DNA from: an uncultured bacterium | GTDB taxonomy: Bacteria; Bacteroidota; Bacteroidia; Chitinophagales; CAIODY01 | Direction: 5' to 3' | DNA: 30,959 bases | Assembly (NCBI GenBank): GCA_903871715.1 | Contig: CAIQHW010000601.1 | Coordinates: forward strand, 1 to 30,959 | Shown: in pieces, positions 9,699 to 17,834 of the stretch | Numbering within the stretch: the first letter of the stretch is position 1 | How the letters are laid out: the number at the start of each line of letters is the position of its first letter | The notes under the pieces: model-generated | Told to the model about the DNA's origin: nothing | The model's database searches: none | What the model saw: the letters and a program-made list of their open reading frames with translations, nothing else | Position numbers and translations under genes: made by a program

Positions 9699-11906
9699 AT
9701 GAGAAAAGTTTTACTACTATTTATTGCATCTGTTTTATCTGGGGTGGCATTTGGGCAAATTTCCTTTCAGCAATTAGGTTCTGCTTCTAATTCTTTTACA
9801 GCTTTGAATCCAAGTTGCCATACCATAGCAACCAATCAAACTTTAAACACTGTCGTTTTTATTCATCGAAATAGTGTTCGTCAGTATCCTAATTTTTTTA
9901 CAGGAAATTATCGTTATGATTTTTCAGGTGATTTGGGAAACACTTTTACTTTAGATTTTGGACCCATTAATCCGCAAAACAAACCTACTAATCCAATTGC
10001 AAATAATGGAAGTCGCTATCCACAAGGGATTATTTATAATCCTGCAAGTAACACAAACCTATCTAATGCTTATCTTTTGTTTGCTGGAAGCTGGCATAAT
10101 GGGGCAGCAAGCTCTGTATGGGAGGGAATAGATAAAGGATCGGTTAATTTAAGTAATACTGCCACTACTTGGAGCGACTCTTTAATCTCAATTATCGACT
10201 CTTTAAATACTGGATTTTCACCGGCTACAAGCTTGGTTGAAGGAGCCCCTGGCGTTTATTGGACTATTGCACAAGACGGGAAAACAAATAGTGGTGCTGG
10301 CACAGGCAGCAGTATTTTAGTAATGAAAGGTGTTTATAATTCTACTACCCATGAAGTAGTTTGGGCTTTAAACAACACGATTACTCCTCCTTTTGATGAG
10401 CATAATATAGCTGGAACAAATAATGTTGCAACAGACCTTGTTGGAAATTGGAACATTGCTTTTGATAATACTGGAATGAATGGTTGGATAAATGCAGTCG
10501 GCGACATTACTAGAACATTTAATTCAAACTCTGAATATGTAGCATCTCCTATTTTCTATCACACCACAAATGGTGGCAAAACTTGGAGTGGACCAATGAC
10601 ATTTCAATTTGCTGATATAAAAATGATTGGTGATTCGCTTTTAGGTCTTCCCCGTGCTGCTGGTATAGGCGATTCAATTTATGCTGCTAATGCCATTACT
10701 GAAAGCGATTTAGTAGTGGATAAAGATGGCAATCCAAATGTTGGCATTGTTATTGGGTATGGTGCTTCACATGCCGAAGCAATTAGTACAACAACCAACA
10801 ATCAGTACATTATTAATTCGTTTGTTAATACTCCTGCCTTCTTAGTAAATTTTAGATTTGACCATTTAAAAAATAAATGGTTTTGTAATTTAATTGATAC
10901 TGTTCACAACATTGCTGCTGATTCAATTGGGTTTACCGCAAGTTCCACAGGTTCATTAGTCAATGAACCAGAAGAAAGTAGAATTCAAATGTCATTAACG
11001 CCTGATCATTCAAAAATATTTTATTCATGGGCTGATTTTAGAGGAGCCAAGAGTATGCGAAACTTCTCAAGAGATGTTTTCGTTAGAGGTTTTAATCCTT
11101 CAACAAATATGTTAACACCAGAATATTCAATTACATCAGGAACATCTTTTGACAAAGCTGGATTTTTGCATGCAGCCCCTTACACAGCTTTAAGAAATGC
11201 TTCAAACGACTCAACTATTTTACCTTTAACTGTTGCTAAATTATTTGTAAAATCTGGTACTGGAAATTTATTAGACAGCACTTGCAAATTTTTTTATATA
11301 AATGGAGCAACCTTTGCTGATGCTGATTTTACCATTAACTCTCCGAAAGATTCATTCTCTTTGCCTACAGCAAGTTTTACATCAACAAAAATAACCTGCA
11401 ACTCTTTTTATTTTGCCTCTACCTCTACTGGTGCTAATGCGTACTATTGGAACTTTAATCCAGATGTTTTGAGCACACCAACACCACTAAATTCTACAAG
11501 AGCAACAGATACCGTTTCTTATAAAACTGCAAAGAAAAATATTACTGTATGGTTAAGAGTTACCAATGCAGATGGTATTAAAGAATATGCTTTAGGGTAT
11601 GTTTCAACTTCATGCGGAGCTTCAGGAATTGAATCAATGGATAATACTTTTGGTAAAATTTCTGTTTTTCCAAACCCTACTACAGGAATGTTAAATGTTT
11701 CAATTTCAGATTTTAGTGACGCTTCAAAATTGTCAGTTTCAGTTGAAAATATGCTTGGTCAGCAAGTTGCTAGTATGCCAACTCAAACTATCAACAATTC
11801 TGCAATGATGAATTTTGATTTGAGTAACCAACCTACAGGGATTTATTTTATTAAGTTTCAAACACCAGAAGGAATATACACTCAGAAATTTGTTATCTCG
11901 AAATAA
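9699..11906 (+). CDS. Secreted T9SS type-A CTD protein of unknown function
   Basis: Signal peptide MRKVLLLFIASVLSGVAFG; Asp-box HTTNGGKTW; PKD-like PTASFT...YYWNF; CTD VFPNPTTG...GIYFIKFQTPEGIYTQKFVISK. Confidence 0.85.
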   Translation: MRKVLLLFIASVLSGVAFGQISFQQLGSASNSFTALNPSCHTIATNQTLNTVVFIHRNSVRQYPNFFTGNYRYDFSGDLGNTFTLDFGPINPQNKPTNPIANNGSRYPQGIIYNPASNTNLSNAYLLFAGSWHNGAASSVWEGIDKGSVNLSNTATTWSDSLISIIDSLNTGFSPATSLVEGAPGVYWTIAQDGKTNSGAGTGSSILVMKGVYNSTTHEVVWALNNTITPPFDEHNIAGTNNVATDLVGNWNIAFDNTGMNGWINAVGDITRTFNSNSEYVASPIFYHTTNGGKTWSGPMTFQFADIKMIGDSLLGLPRAAGIGDSIYAANAITESDLVVDKDGNPNVGIVIGYGASHAEAISTTTNNQYIINSFVNTPAFLVNFRFDHLKNKWFCNLIDTVHNIAADSIGFTASSTGSLVNEPEESRIQMSLTPDHSKIFYSWADFRGAKSMRNFSRDVFVRGFNPSTNMLTPEYSITSGTSFDKAGFLHAAPYTALRNASNDSTILPLTVAKLFVKSGTGNLLDSTCKFFYINGATFADADFTINSPKDSFSLPTASFTSTKITCNSFYFASTSTGANAYYWNFNPDVLSTPTPLNSTRATDTVSYKTAKKNITVWLRVTNADGIKEYALGYVSTSCGASGIESMDNTFGKISVFPNPTTGMLNVSISDFSDASKLSVSVENMLGQQVASMPTQTINNSAMMNFDLSNQPTGIYFIKFQTPEGIYTQKFVISK

Positions 11907-11928
11907 TCTTTGAAAAAAGTTAAATTTG

Positions 11929-11965
11929 CAGCCTTGTTGTGAAAATCAACGAGGCTGTTTTTTTT
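11929..11965 (+). terminator. Intrinsic terminator after the T9SS cargo gene
   Basis: CAGCCTTGTTG-TGAAAAT-CAACGAGGCTG stem (one G-U pair) followed by 8 T. Confidence 0.75.
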
Positions 11966-11988
11966 ATTTTCACTTTCCAAAATCAAAC

Positions 11989-13515
11989 ATGAATATATTT
12001 GGCAGCATTATCAAAAACACACTCACCTTGCGCAAGCGATTTGAACGTGGCAATGATTTAAGTCCAATTACTAAACAAAAAAAACAACTCGTTAAATTAC
12101 TCAAACAAGCCCAGTACACAGAGTTTGGGGTTCATTATCAATTCAACGAATTGTTAGAAAATAAAAAAACAGTTGAGCATTTATTTCAGCAACAAATTCC
12201 AATTTTCACCTACAATAAATTGTTTAACGAATGGTGGCATAAAACTTTAGAAGGGCAATTAAATGTATGCTGGCCTGGCAAAGTAAAATATTTTGCACTT
12301 AGCAGCGGCACCAGCGAAACAGCAAGCAAGCGCATTCCCATCACTGCCGACATGCTTAAAAATATCAAACGCACAAGCATAAGACAAATTTTAAGCCTCA
12401 CCGATTTTGATTTGCCCAATGAAACTTTTTGGAAAGGCGCACTGCTCATTGGCGGCAGCACAAAACTCACTTTCAAACATCAATATTACGAGGGCGATTT
12501 AAGTGGCATCAGCGCAAAGCACCGACCACTATGGTTTCAGCGATATTATAAACCAGGTAGCAAAATTGCTGCGCAAAAAAATTGGAACAAAAAAATCAAT
12601 CAAATTATCGAAAGCGCACCAAAATGGGATATTGGTTTTATTGTAGGCATTCCATCTTGGGTCCAATTATTGCTCGAAAAAATTATTGAAAAATATGAAC
12701 TACAAACCATTCACGACATTTGGCCAAACCTCAATCTCTATATCCACAGCGGCGTTGCGATAGACCCTTACAAAAAATCTTTTGAAAAACTGTTTTCAAA
12801 AAAAGTAACTTTTATGGAAAGTTATTTATCCAGCGAAGGTTTTTTTGCCTTTCAAACTCGACCCGACCAAGGCAGTATGACATTGATTTTAAATGGTGGA
12901 ATTTTTTATGAGTTTGTTGTTTTTGATGAAAATAATTTTGATGAAAATGGTGAAATAAAAGATGGTGTAAAAACATTTTTAATCAACGAAGTGCAAGCTG
13001 GTGTTGATTATGCGCTGCTCATTAGTACATGCGCTGGCACTTGGCGATATTTAATTGGCGATGTAATTCGGGTTGTGGATTTAGAAAAATGTGAGATAAT
13101 TATTACGGGCAGAACCAAACATTTTTTGAGCATCACGGGTGAACATTTAAGTGGAGAAAACATGAGCAAAGCTATAAGTATGACAGCCAATTATTATAAT
13201 GTAGAGTTGAATGAATATACTGTTTGTGCCGAATCTTACGGCAACTATTTTGCCCATCGTTGGTTTATTGGTTGTGATGAAACCATTGATGCCAATGCCT
13301 TGAAACATAAGCTGGATGAGCATCTTCGTGCTATCAATGATGATTATGATACTGAACGAACTTCGGCTTTGAAAGAAATTTTTGTAGAAATAATTCCTAA
13401 CCAAATGTTTTTAGACTTCTTAAAATTTGAAGGAAAAGTGGGTGCACAAATAAAATTTCCACGGGTGCTAAAAGGTGAACAATTGCAACGCTGGAAAAAT
13501 TTTATTGCGCAATAA
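11989..13515 (+). CDS. GH3 auxin-responsive-promoter family protein (adenylating acyl-amido synthetase-like)
   Basis: FALSSGTSETASKRIP, EGDLSGI, ESYLSSEGFF, RYLIGDVI, ITGRTKHF, QIKFPRV; start moved to ATG 11989. Confidence 0.9.
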   Translation: MNIFGSIIKNTLTLRKRFERGNDLSPITKQKKQLVKLLKQAQYTEFGVHYQFNELLENKKTVEHLFQQQIPIFTYNKLFNEWWHKTLEGQLNVCWPGKVKYFALSSGTSETASKRIPITADMLKNIKRTSIRQILSLTDFDLPNETFWKGALLIGGSTKLTFKHQYYEGDLSGISAKHRPLWFQRYYKPGSKIAAQKNWNKKINQIIESAPKWDIGFIVGIPSWVQLLLEKIIEKYELQTIHDIWPNLNLYIHSGVAIDPYKKSFEKLFSKKVTFMESYLSSEGFFAFQTRPDQGSMTLILNGGIFYEFVVFDENNFDENGEIKDGVKTFLINEVQAGVDYALLISTCAGTWRYLIGDVIRVVDLEKCEIIITGRTKHFLSITGEHLSGENMSKAISMTANYYNVELNEYTVCAESYGNYFAHRWFIGCDETIDANALKHKLDEHLRAINDDYDTERTSALKEIFVEIIPNQMFLDFLKFEGKVGAQIKFPRVLKGEQLQRWKNFIAQ

Positions 13516-13586
13516 ATTTTCCATTATCAACAAAAGCAAGTGTACATTTCATGCGGCTTTGCAAGCCTGCAAACACCATTCGATTT

Positions 13587-13594
13587 TAATTTTG
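13587..13594 (+). promoter_or_regulatory. -7 promoter box TAATTTTG
   Basis: TAnnTTTG match ending 4 nt before the GT2 ATG. Confidence 0.5.
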
Positions 13595-13598
13595 CTAC

Positions 13599-14726
13599 AT
13601 GAATTTTGATGTAAATTTATTATTGAGAGTGCTGCTGTTTGCGTTTTACGGAGTAGCAGGCATTCAAGTTTTATTCTACCTTTTTATTTTTAGCAGAATC
13701 ATTTTTGTAAAAAGCAAAAAGAAGGAAGATGGCTCTACAATCCCCGTTACCATTGTGATTTGTGCAAAAAACGAATTGGAAAATTTGCAAAAAAATTTGC
13801 CGGCAATTTTAGAACAAAACTATTCCAACTATGAAGTGATTGTGGTCAACGATAATTCGCAAGATGGTAGCAACAATTTTTTGAGCCACTTAAAATCGCA
13901 ATATGCGCATTTAAAAGTGATTGATATTTTGCAAGAAAGCCGAACATTTAAAGGCAAAAGATTGGCTCTGGGCTTGGGTTTGAAAGGTGCAAAACACGAT
14001 TGGTGTTTATTAACTGATGCCGATTGTGCGCCATCGGGCAGCAATTGGTTGTATAAAATGCAGCGCAATTTTAGGCAGCCAAAAGAAATTGTGTTGGGCT
14101 ATGCACCGCATCAAAAACTGTCGGGCTTTTTAAATAAGTGTATCCGATTTGAAACTTTTTTTACTGCATTTCAATATTTTAATTTTGCGCTCAGCGGCAT
14201 TCCATACATGGGTGTGGGTAGAAATATGGCTTACCAAAAGCAAATGTATTTTGATAAACGAGGCTACATGCCGCAATCAGACCGCATTTCGGGCGATGAC
14301 GATTTATTTATCAATAAAGTAGCAACGAAAAAAAATACACGAATTGAATTGGATGCCTCCACATTTATGTACTCAATGCCCAGAACTACTTGGCAAAGTT
14401 GGATGCACCAAAAGCAGCGCCACATCAGCACCGGCATTAAATACAAACCGATTCATAAATTTTTATTGGGCTTGCAAAATATCACCCAAATTTTGTTTTA
14501 TGGTTTGTTAATTCCGTTGCTTTGTTTTCGATTTCAATGGCAAATAGTATTGCTCATTTTCGGTGCAAGATTTTTATTGCAAGGCATTGATTATGCAGTA
14601 GCCATGAGGCGTTTGAAAGAAATGGATTTGTTTTGGTGGCTTCCATTTTGGGATATTTTTCAAATTTTGTACAACATAATTTTATTTCCAGCACTCATCA
14701 AAAAACCATCTACACAATGGAAATAA
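13599..14726 (+). CDS. Membrane-bound GT2 glycosyltransferase
   Basis: IVICAKNE, VIVVNDNSQD, LLTDADC (DxD), GDDDLF, QKQRH (QxxRW-like); N- and C-terminal TM helices. Confidence 0.9.
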   Translation: MNFDVNLLLRVLLFAFYGVAGIQVLFYLFIFSRIIFVKSKKKEDGSTIPVTIVICAKNELENLQKNLPAILEQNYSNYEVIVVNDNSQDGSNNFLSHLKSQYAHLKVIDILQESRTFKGKRLALGLGLKGAKHDWCLLTDADCAPSGSNWLYKMQRNFRQPKEIVLGYAPHQKLSGFLNKCIRFETFFTAFQYFNFALSGIPYMGVGRNMAYQKQMYFDKRGYMPQSDRISGDDDLFINKVATKKNTRIELDASTFMYSMPRTTWQSWMHQKQRHISTGIKYKPIHKFLLGLQNITQILFYGLLIPLLCFRFQWQIVLLIFGARFLLQGIDYAVAMRRLKEMDLFWWLPFWDIFQILYNIILFPALIKKPSTQWK

Positions 14727-15319
14727 ATCCAAAGTTTTCGGGTGTAGCAAAAGAAGATTTTGAATTGGTGCAATCGGCATTGAAGCACAATTCATCGGTG
14801 GCTTATGAAAAATTGTTGAGTAAATATAAAGACGCTGTTTTTTTTATGATGCTGAAATTGGTGAACAATCGCGATGATGCTGAAGATTTAACGATTGAAA
14901 CTTTTGGAAAAATTTTTAACACACTTGAAAAGTATAAGGCTGAATGGGCTTTCAGCACTTGGTTGTATCGCATTGCTACCAACATTGCGATTGATTTTTT
15001 GCGAAAAAAAAAGGTGGAAACTTTATCCATTCATGAACCATTGAAAAATGAAAAAGATAAAGACCATTCGCACAACATACCCGATGAAATGCCCGACCCC
15101 GAAGAAGTTTTTATAAAAAAACAACGAGCCGAAAATTTAAAAACCACGATTGAAAAATTAAACTCGAAATATCGCCAACTGATTGAGCTGCGCTACTACA
15201 AAGAATATAGCTACGAAGAAATTGCAGCGGAAATGAAAATGCCTGTGGGTACTGTCAAAACGCAGTTGTATCGGGCAAAAGACTTGTTGTTTTCTATTTT
15301 GAAAAACAATGTTTATTGA
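14717..15319 (+). CDS. ECF-type RNA polymerase sigma-70 factor
   Basis: Region 2 DAEDLTIETF...FSTWLYRIATN; region 4 SYEEIAAEMKMPVGTVKTQLYRAK; ATG 14717 overlaps the GT2 end by 10 nt. Confidence 0.92.
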   Translation: MEINPKFSGVAKEDFELVQSALKHNSSVAYEKLLSKYKDAVFFMMLKLVNNRDDAEDLTIETFGKIFNTLEKYKAEWAFSTWLYRIATNIAIDFLRKKKVETLSIHEPLKNEKDKDHSHNIPDEMPDPEEVFIKKQRAENLKTTIEKLNSKYRQLIELRYYKEYSYEEIAAEMKMPVGTVKTQLYRAKDLLFSILKNNVY

Positions 15320-15376
15320 GTTTTTGAACAAAAGGTTCATGAGAAAAATCCTGCCGTCAAAAGAAAAATTAGGTAC

Positions 15377-15384
15377 TATCTTTG
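15377..15384 (+). promoter_or_regulatory. -7 promoter box TATCTTTG
   Basis: TAnnTTTG match 16 nt before the LUD gene ATG. Confidence 0.6.
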
Positions 15385-15400
15385 AAAAAAAATTAGCTAC

Positions 15401-16072
15401 ATGCAGCCATTGAAAGCATCTGGTTCAAAAGAAAAAATATTGAAACGCATTCGCAAAGCCTTGGACGTAAAAGTGCCGCAGCCATTTGCCAATATTGATA
15501 ATCAAACCAGCGTTTATACTAACGACCATCATGGGCTTGAAATGCAGTTTGCAAAGGCATTTACAGAGTTGGGCGGCAATTTTATTTATTGCGAAGACGC
15601 ATCGGAATTTGCACAAAACTTCAACACACTTTTAGCCGAAAAAAATTGGAACAGTATTATTTGTTGGGATAAAAAATTGCTTGAATTATTTGCGCAAAAA
15701 AATATTTCACAAATCACATCTTTTCGCGACACCGCCACAGTGGATGTTTGCGATGCTGGCATCACGGGTTGCGAATTTTTAGTGGCTAGAACTGGCACCA
15801 TCACCTTAAGTTCGAAACAAGAAAGCGGAAGAACGCTTTCTATTTTTCCACCTGTGCATGTTGTCATTGCGTTTACCAATCAAGTGGTGAATGATTTGAA
15901 AGATGCCATTAGCGAGATGAAACAAAAATTTCCAGAGCGGTTGCCTTCGTTAATGAATTTTGCTACTGGTCCGAGCCGAACTGCCGACATCGAAAAAACG
16001 CTAGTGGTCGGCGTTCACGGCCCACGAGAGGTGTTTGTTTTTTTAATTGATGAAATGATGAGCGATAATTAA
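15401..16072 (+). CDS. LUD-domain protein (LutC/YkgG family)
   Basis: GITGCEFLVARTGTI, SIFPPVHVVI, TGPSRTADIEKTLVVGVHGP. Confidence 0.9.
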   Translation: MQPLKASGSKEKILKRIRKALDVKVPQPFANIDNQTSVYTNDHHGLEMQFAKAFTELGGNFIYCEDASEFAQNFNTLLAEKNWNSIICWDKKLLELFAQKNISQITSFRDTATVDVCDAGITGCEFLVARTGTITLSSKQESGRTLSIFPPVHVVIAFTNQVVNDLKDAISEMKQKFPERLPSLMNFATGPSRTADIEKTLVVGVHGPREVFVFLIDEMMSDN

Positions 16073-16123
16073 AAAGCAAAAATCGTTAACTAATTTAGGT
16101 TAATTAATTTTTAATTTTTCGAT

Positions 16124-16131
16124 TAACTTTG
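16124..16131 (+). promoter_or_regulatory. -7 promoter box TAACTTTG
   Basis: TAnnTTTG match 24 nt before the PhyH gene ATG. Confidence 0.6.
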
Positions 16132-16155
16132 CAAACAAATTTTTAGAAACAAGAA

Positions 16156-16971
16156 ATGTTAGATATCAATAAGAAGTACAAATTAGGCGCTAAAGTGGAA
16201 GACGAGCATGTGGACTTTTACAACAAATATGGCTTTGTTCATTATACCAATTTTATTACGCAAGATCAGATTCAACGTATCATTCAGTCGTTGAACGAAG
16301 GTTATGAAAAACTAATTTCCGAAGGGAAAGATTCTATTAATGGTATTCCTATTAATTATGGTTTTGATGAAACGGGTAAAGCAATTGTGCATCGTTTGCC
16401 GTACTCAAATTTAGTGGCTGATGAAGTAGCAAAATTGTATACCGATGAACGTTTTAAATTATTGGCAAAGTTTATTCCCGATTACGAATCGCGATTAGGA
16501 TTGAAAGAAAAAGATGGTGTGGTTACTAATTATTACATCAATACAGAAAATAGTAATTTCCGCCAAATGGGTTGGCATACTGATATTTCAAGGGATGTGA
16601 TGGTTGGAAAAAAATTATACCCGATGATAAATGTGGGGATTTATTTAGATGATAGCAACGAAACAAATGGTGGTTTGCGCATTATTCCATGTTCGCAAGA
16701 TCAATCAATAATGAAGATGTTGTTTGGCAAAGTTCAATTTGTAAACACCAAAAAAGATCCAAAAGAAATTATGCTTTCAGCCAAAGCTGGTGATTTAGCT
16801 TTGCACGACGGAAGAATTTGGCATCGGGTAGGAAAGTCGCCACACATAGGAGCAAAGAGCCGACGCAGAGTGATGTATGTGCCATTAATTTGTGGACCCG
16901 TAAATGAAAGACAGCCTGATGGAAGAACACCATTTTATCACAAATTAGGCAAGTTAGCAAAGTTGAAATAA
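16156..16971 (+). CDS. Phytanoyl-CoA dioxygenase (PhyH) family 2OG-Fe(II) oxygenase
   Basis: GWHTD (HxD), IYLDDSNETNGGLRIIPCS, AGDLALHDGRIWH (distal His), RRVMY. Confidence 0.85.
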   Translation: MLDINKKYKLGAKVEDEHVDFYNKYGFVHYTNFITQDQIQRIIQSLNEGYEKLISEGKDSINGIPINYGFDETGKAIVHRLPYSNLVADEVAKLYTDERFKLLAKFIPDYESRLGLKEKDGVVTNYYINTENSNFRQMGWHTDISRDVMVGKKLYPMINVGIYLDDSNETNGGLRIIPCSQDQSIMKMLFGKVQFVNTKKDPKEIMLSAKAGDLALHDGRIWHRVGKSPHIGAKSRRRVMYVPLICGPVNERQPDGRTPFYHKLGKLAKLK

Positions 16972-16988
16972 TCTATTTTAAACAAAAG

Positions 16989-17027
16989 AAAAACCTTACA
17001 GCAACAAAAAAACTGTAAGGTTTTTTT
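16989..17027 (+). terminator. Intrinsic terminator between PhyH and SDR
   Basis: AAAAACCTTACAG-11 nt loop-CTGTAAGGTTTTT, with the T run extending to 7. Confidence 0.65.
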
Positions 17028-17044
17028 ATGACAAAACTATTATC

Positions 17045-17833
17045 ATGCAAAAAGAATATGCGCTTGTAACTGGTGGCAGCAGCGGAATTGGCAAAGCCAT
17101 GTGTTTTGAATTGGCGAAGAAAAAATACAACCTAATTGTGGTTGGGCGCAATGAAAAAAACTTAAACGAGCTGCAACAAAAATTGCAAACCGAATTTGGT
17201 GTCGAGGTAATTATTTTGAAAAAAGATTTAGCAGATGCTGCTCAAACACAACAAGTGGTTGATTATGTTTTACAAAATAAAATTCCACTTTCAATTTTAA
17301 TCAACAACGCTGGATATGGCTTGTGGGGCACGTTTGAAGAATTGTCGATGGACGAACAAAACAAAATGTTGCAAGTAAATATTCATGCGGTGCTTTCATT
17401 AACGCATCAATTGTTGCCCATTTTAAAAGCACAAAAACAAGCTTACATCCTGAACGTGAGCAGCACTACGGCTTTTCAGCCGATGCCTTATTTGAATAGT
17501 TATGGCGCATCAAAAGCATTTATAGATAGTTTTACAAAAGCATTGCAAATTGAATTGAAAAAACATGCACCCAATGTGTCAGTTACCTGCCTGCTGCCAG
17601 GCGGCACAGATACTGGTTTTATAGACCGTGGCGGCTTTAATGACAAGATTAGAAAAATGGCAGACAAGGTAAATATGACACCCAAAGATGTTGCCAACAT
17701 CGCTCTGAAAGCCATGTTCAACAAAAAGTATGAAATCATTCCGGGTGCAATAAATTGGTGGAGTGCAAAAGCAGTAGGATTTATGCCAGCAAGTTTAATT
17801 AATAAAATCACCACAGAAATTTACGAAAAATAA
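17045..17833 (+). CDS. Classical SDR oxidoreductase
   Basis: TGGSSGIG, NNAGYG, ILNVSS, catalytic YGASK. Confidence 0.92.
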   Translation: MQKEYALVTGGSSGIGKAMCFELAKKKYNLIVVGRNEKNLNELQQKLQTEFGVEVIILKKDLADAAQTQQVVDYVLQNKIPLSILINNAGYGLWGTFEELSMDEQNKMLQVNIHAVLSLTHQLLPILKAQKQAYILNVSSTTAFQPMPYLNSYGASKAFIDSFTKALQIELKKHAPNVSVTCLLPGGTDTGFIDRGGFNDKIRKMADKVNMTPKDVANIALKAMFNKKYEIIPGAINWWSAKAVGFMPASLINKITTEIYEK

Positions 17834-17834
17834 T

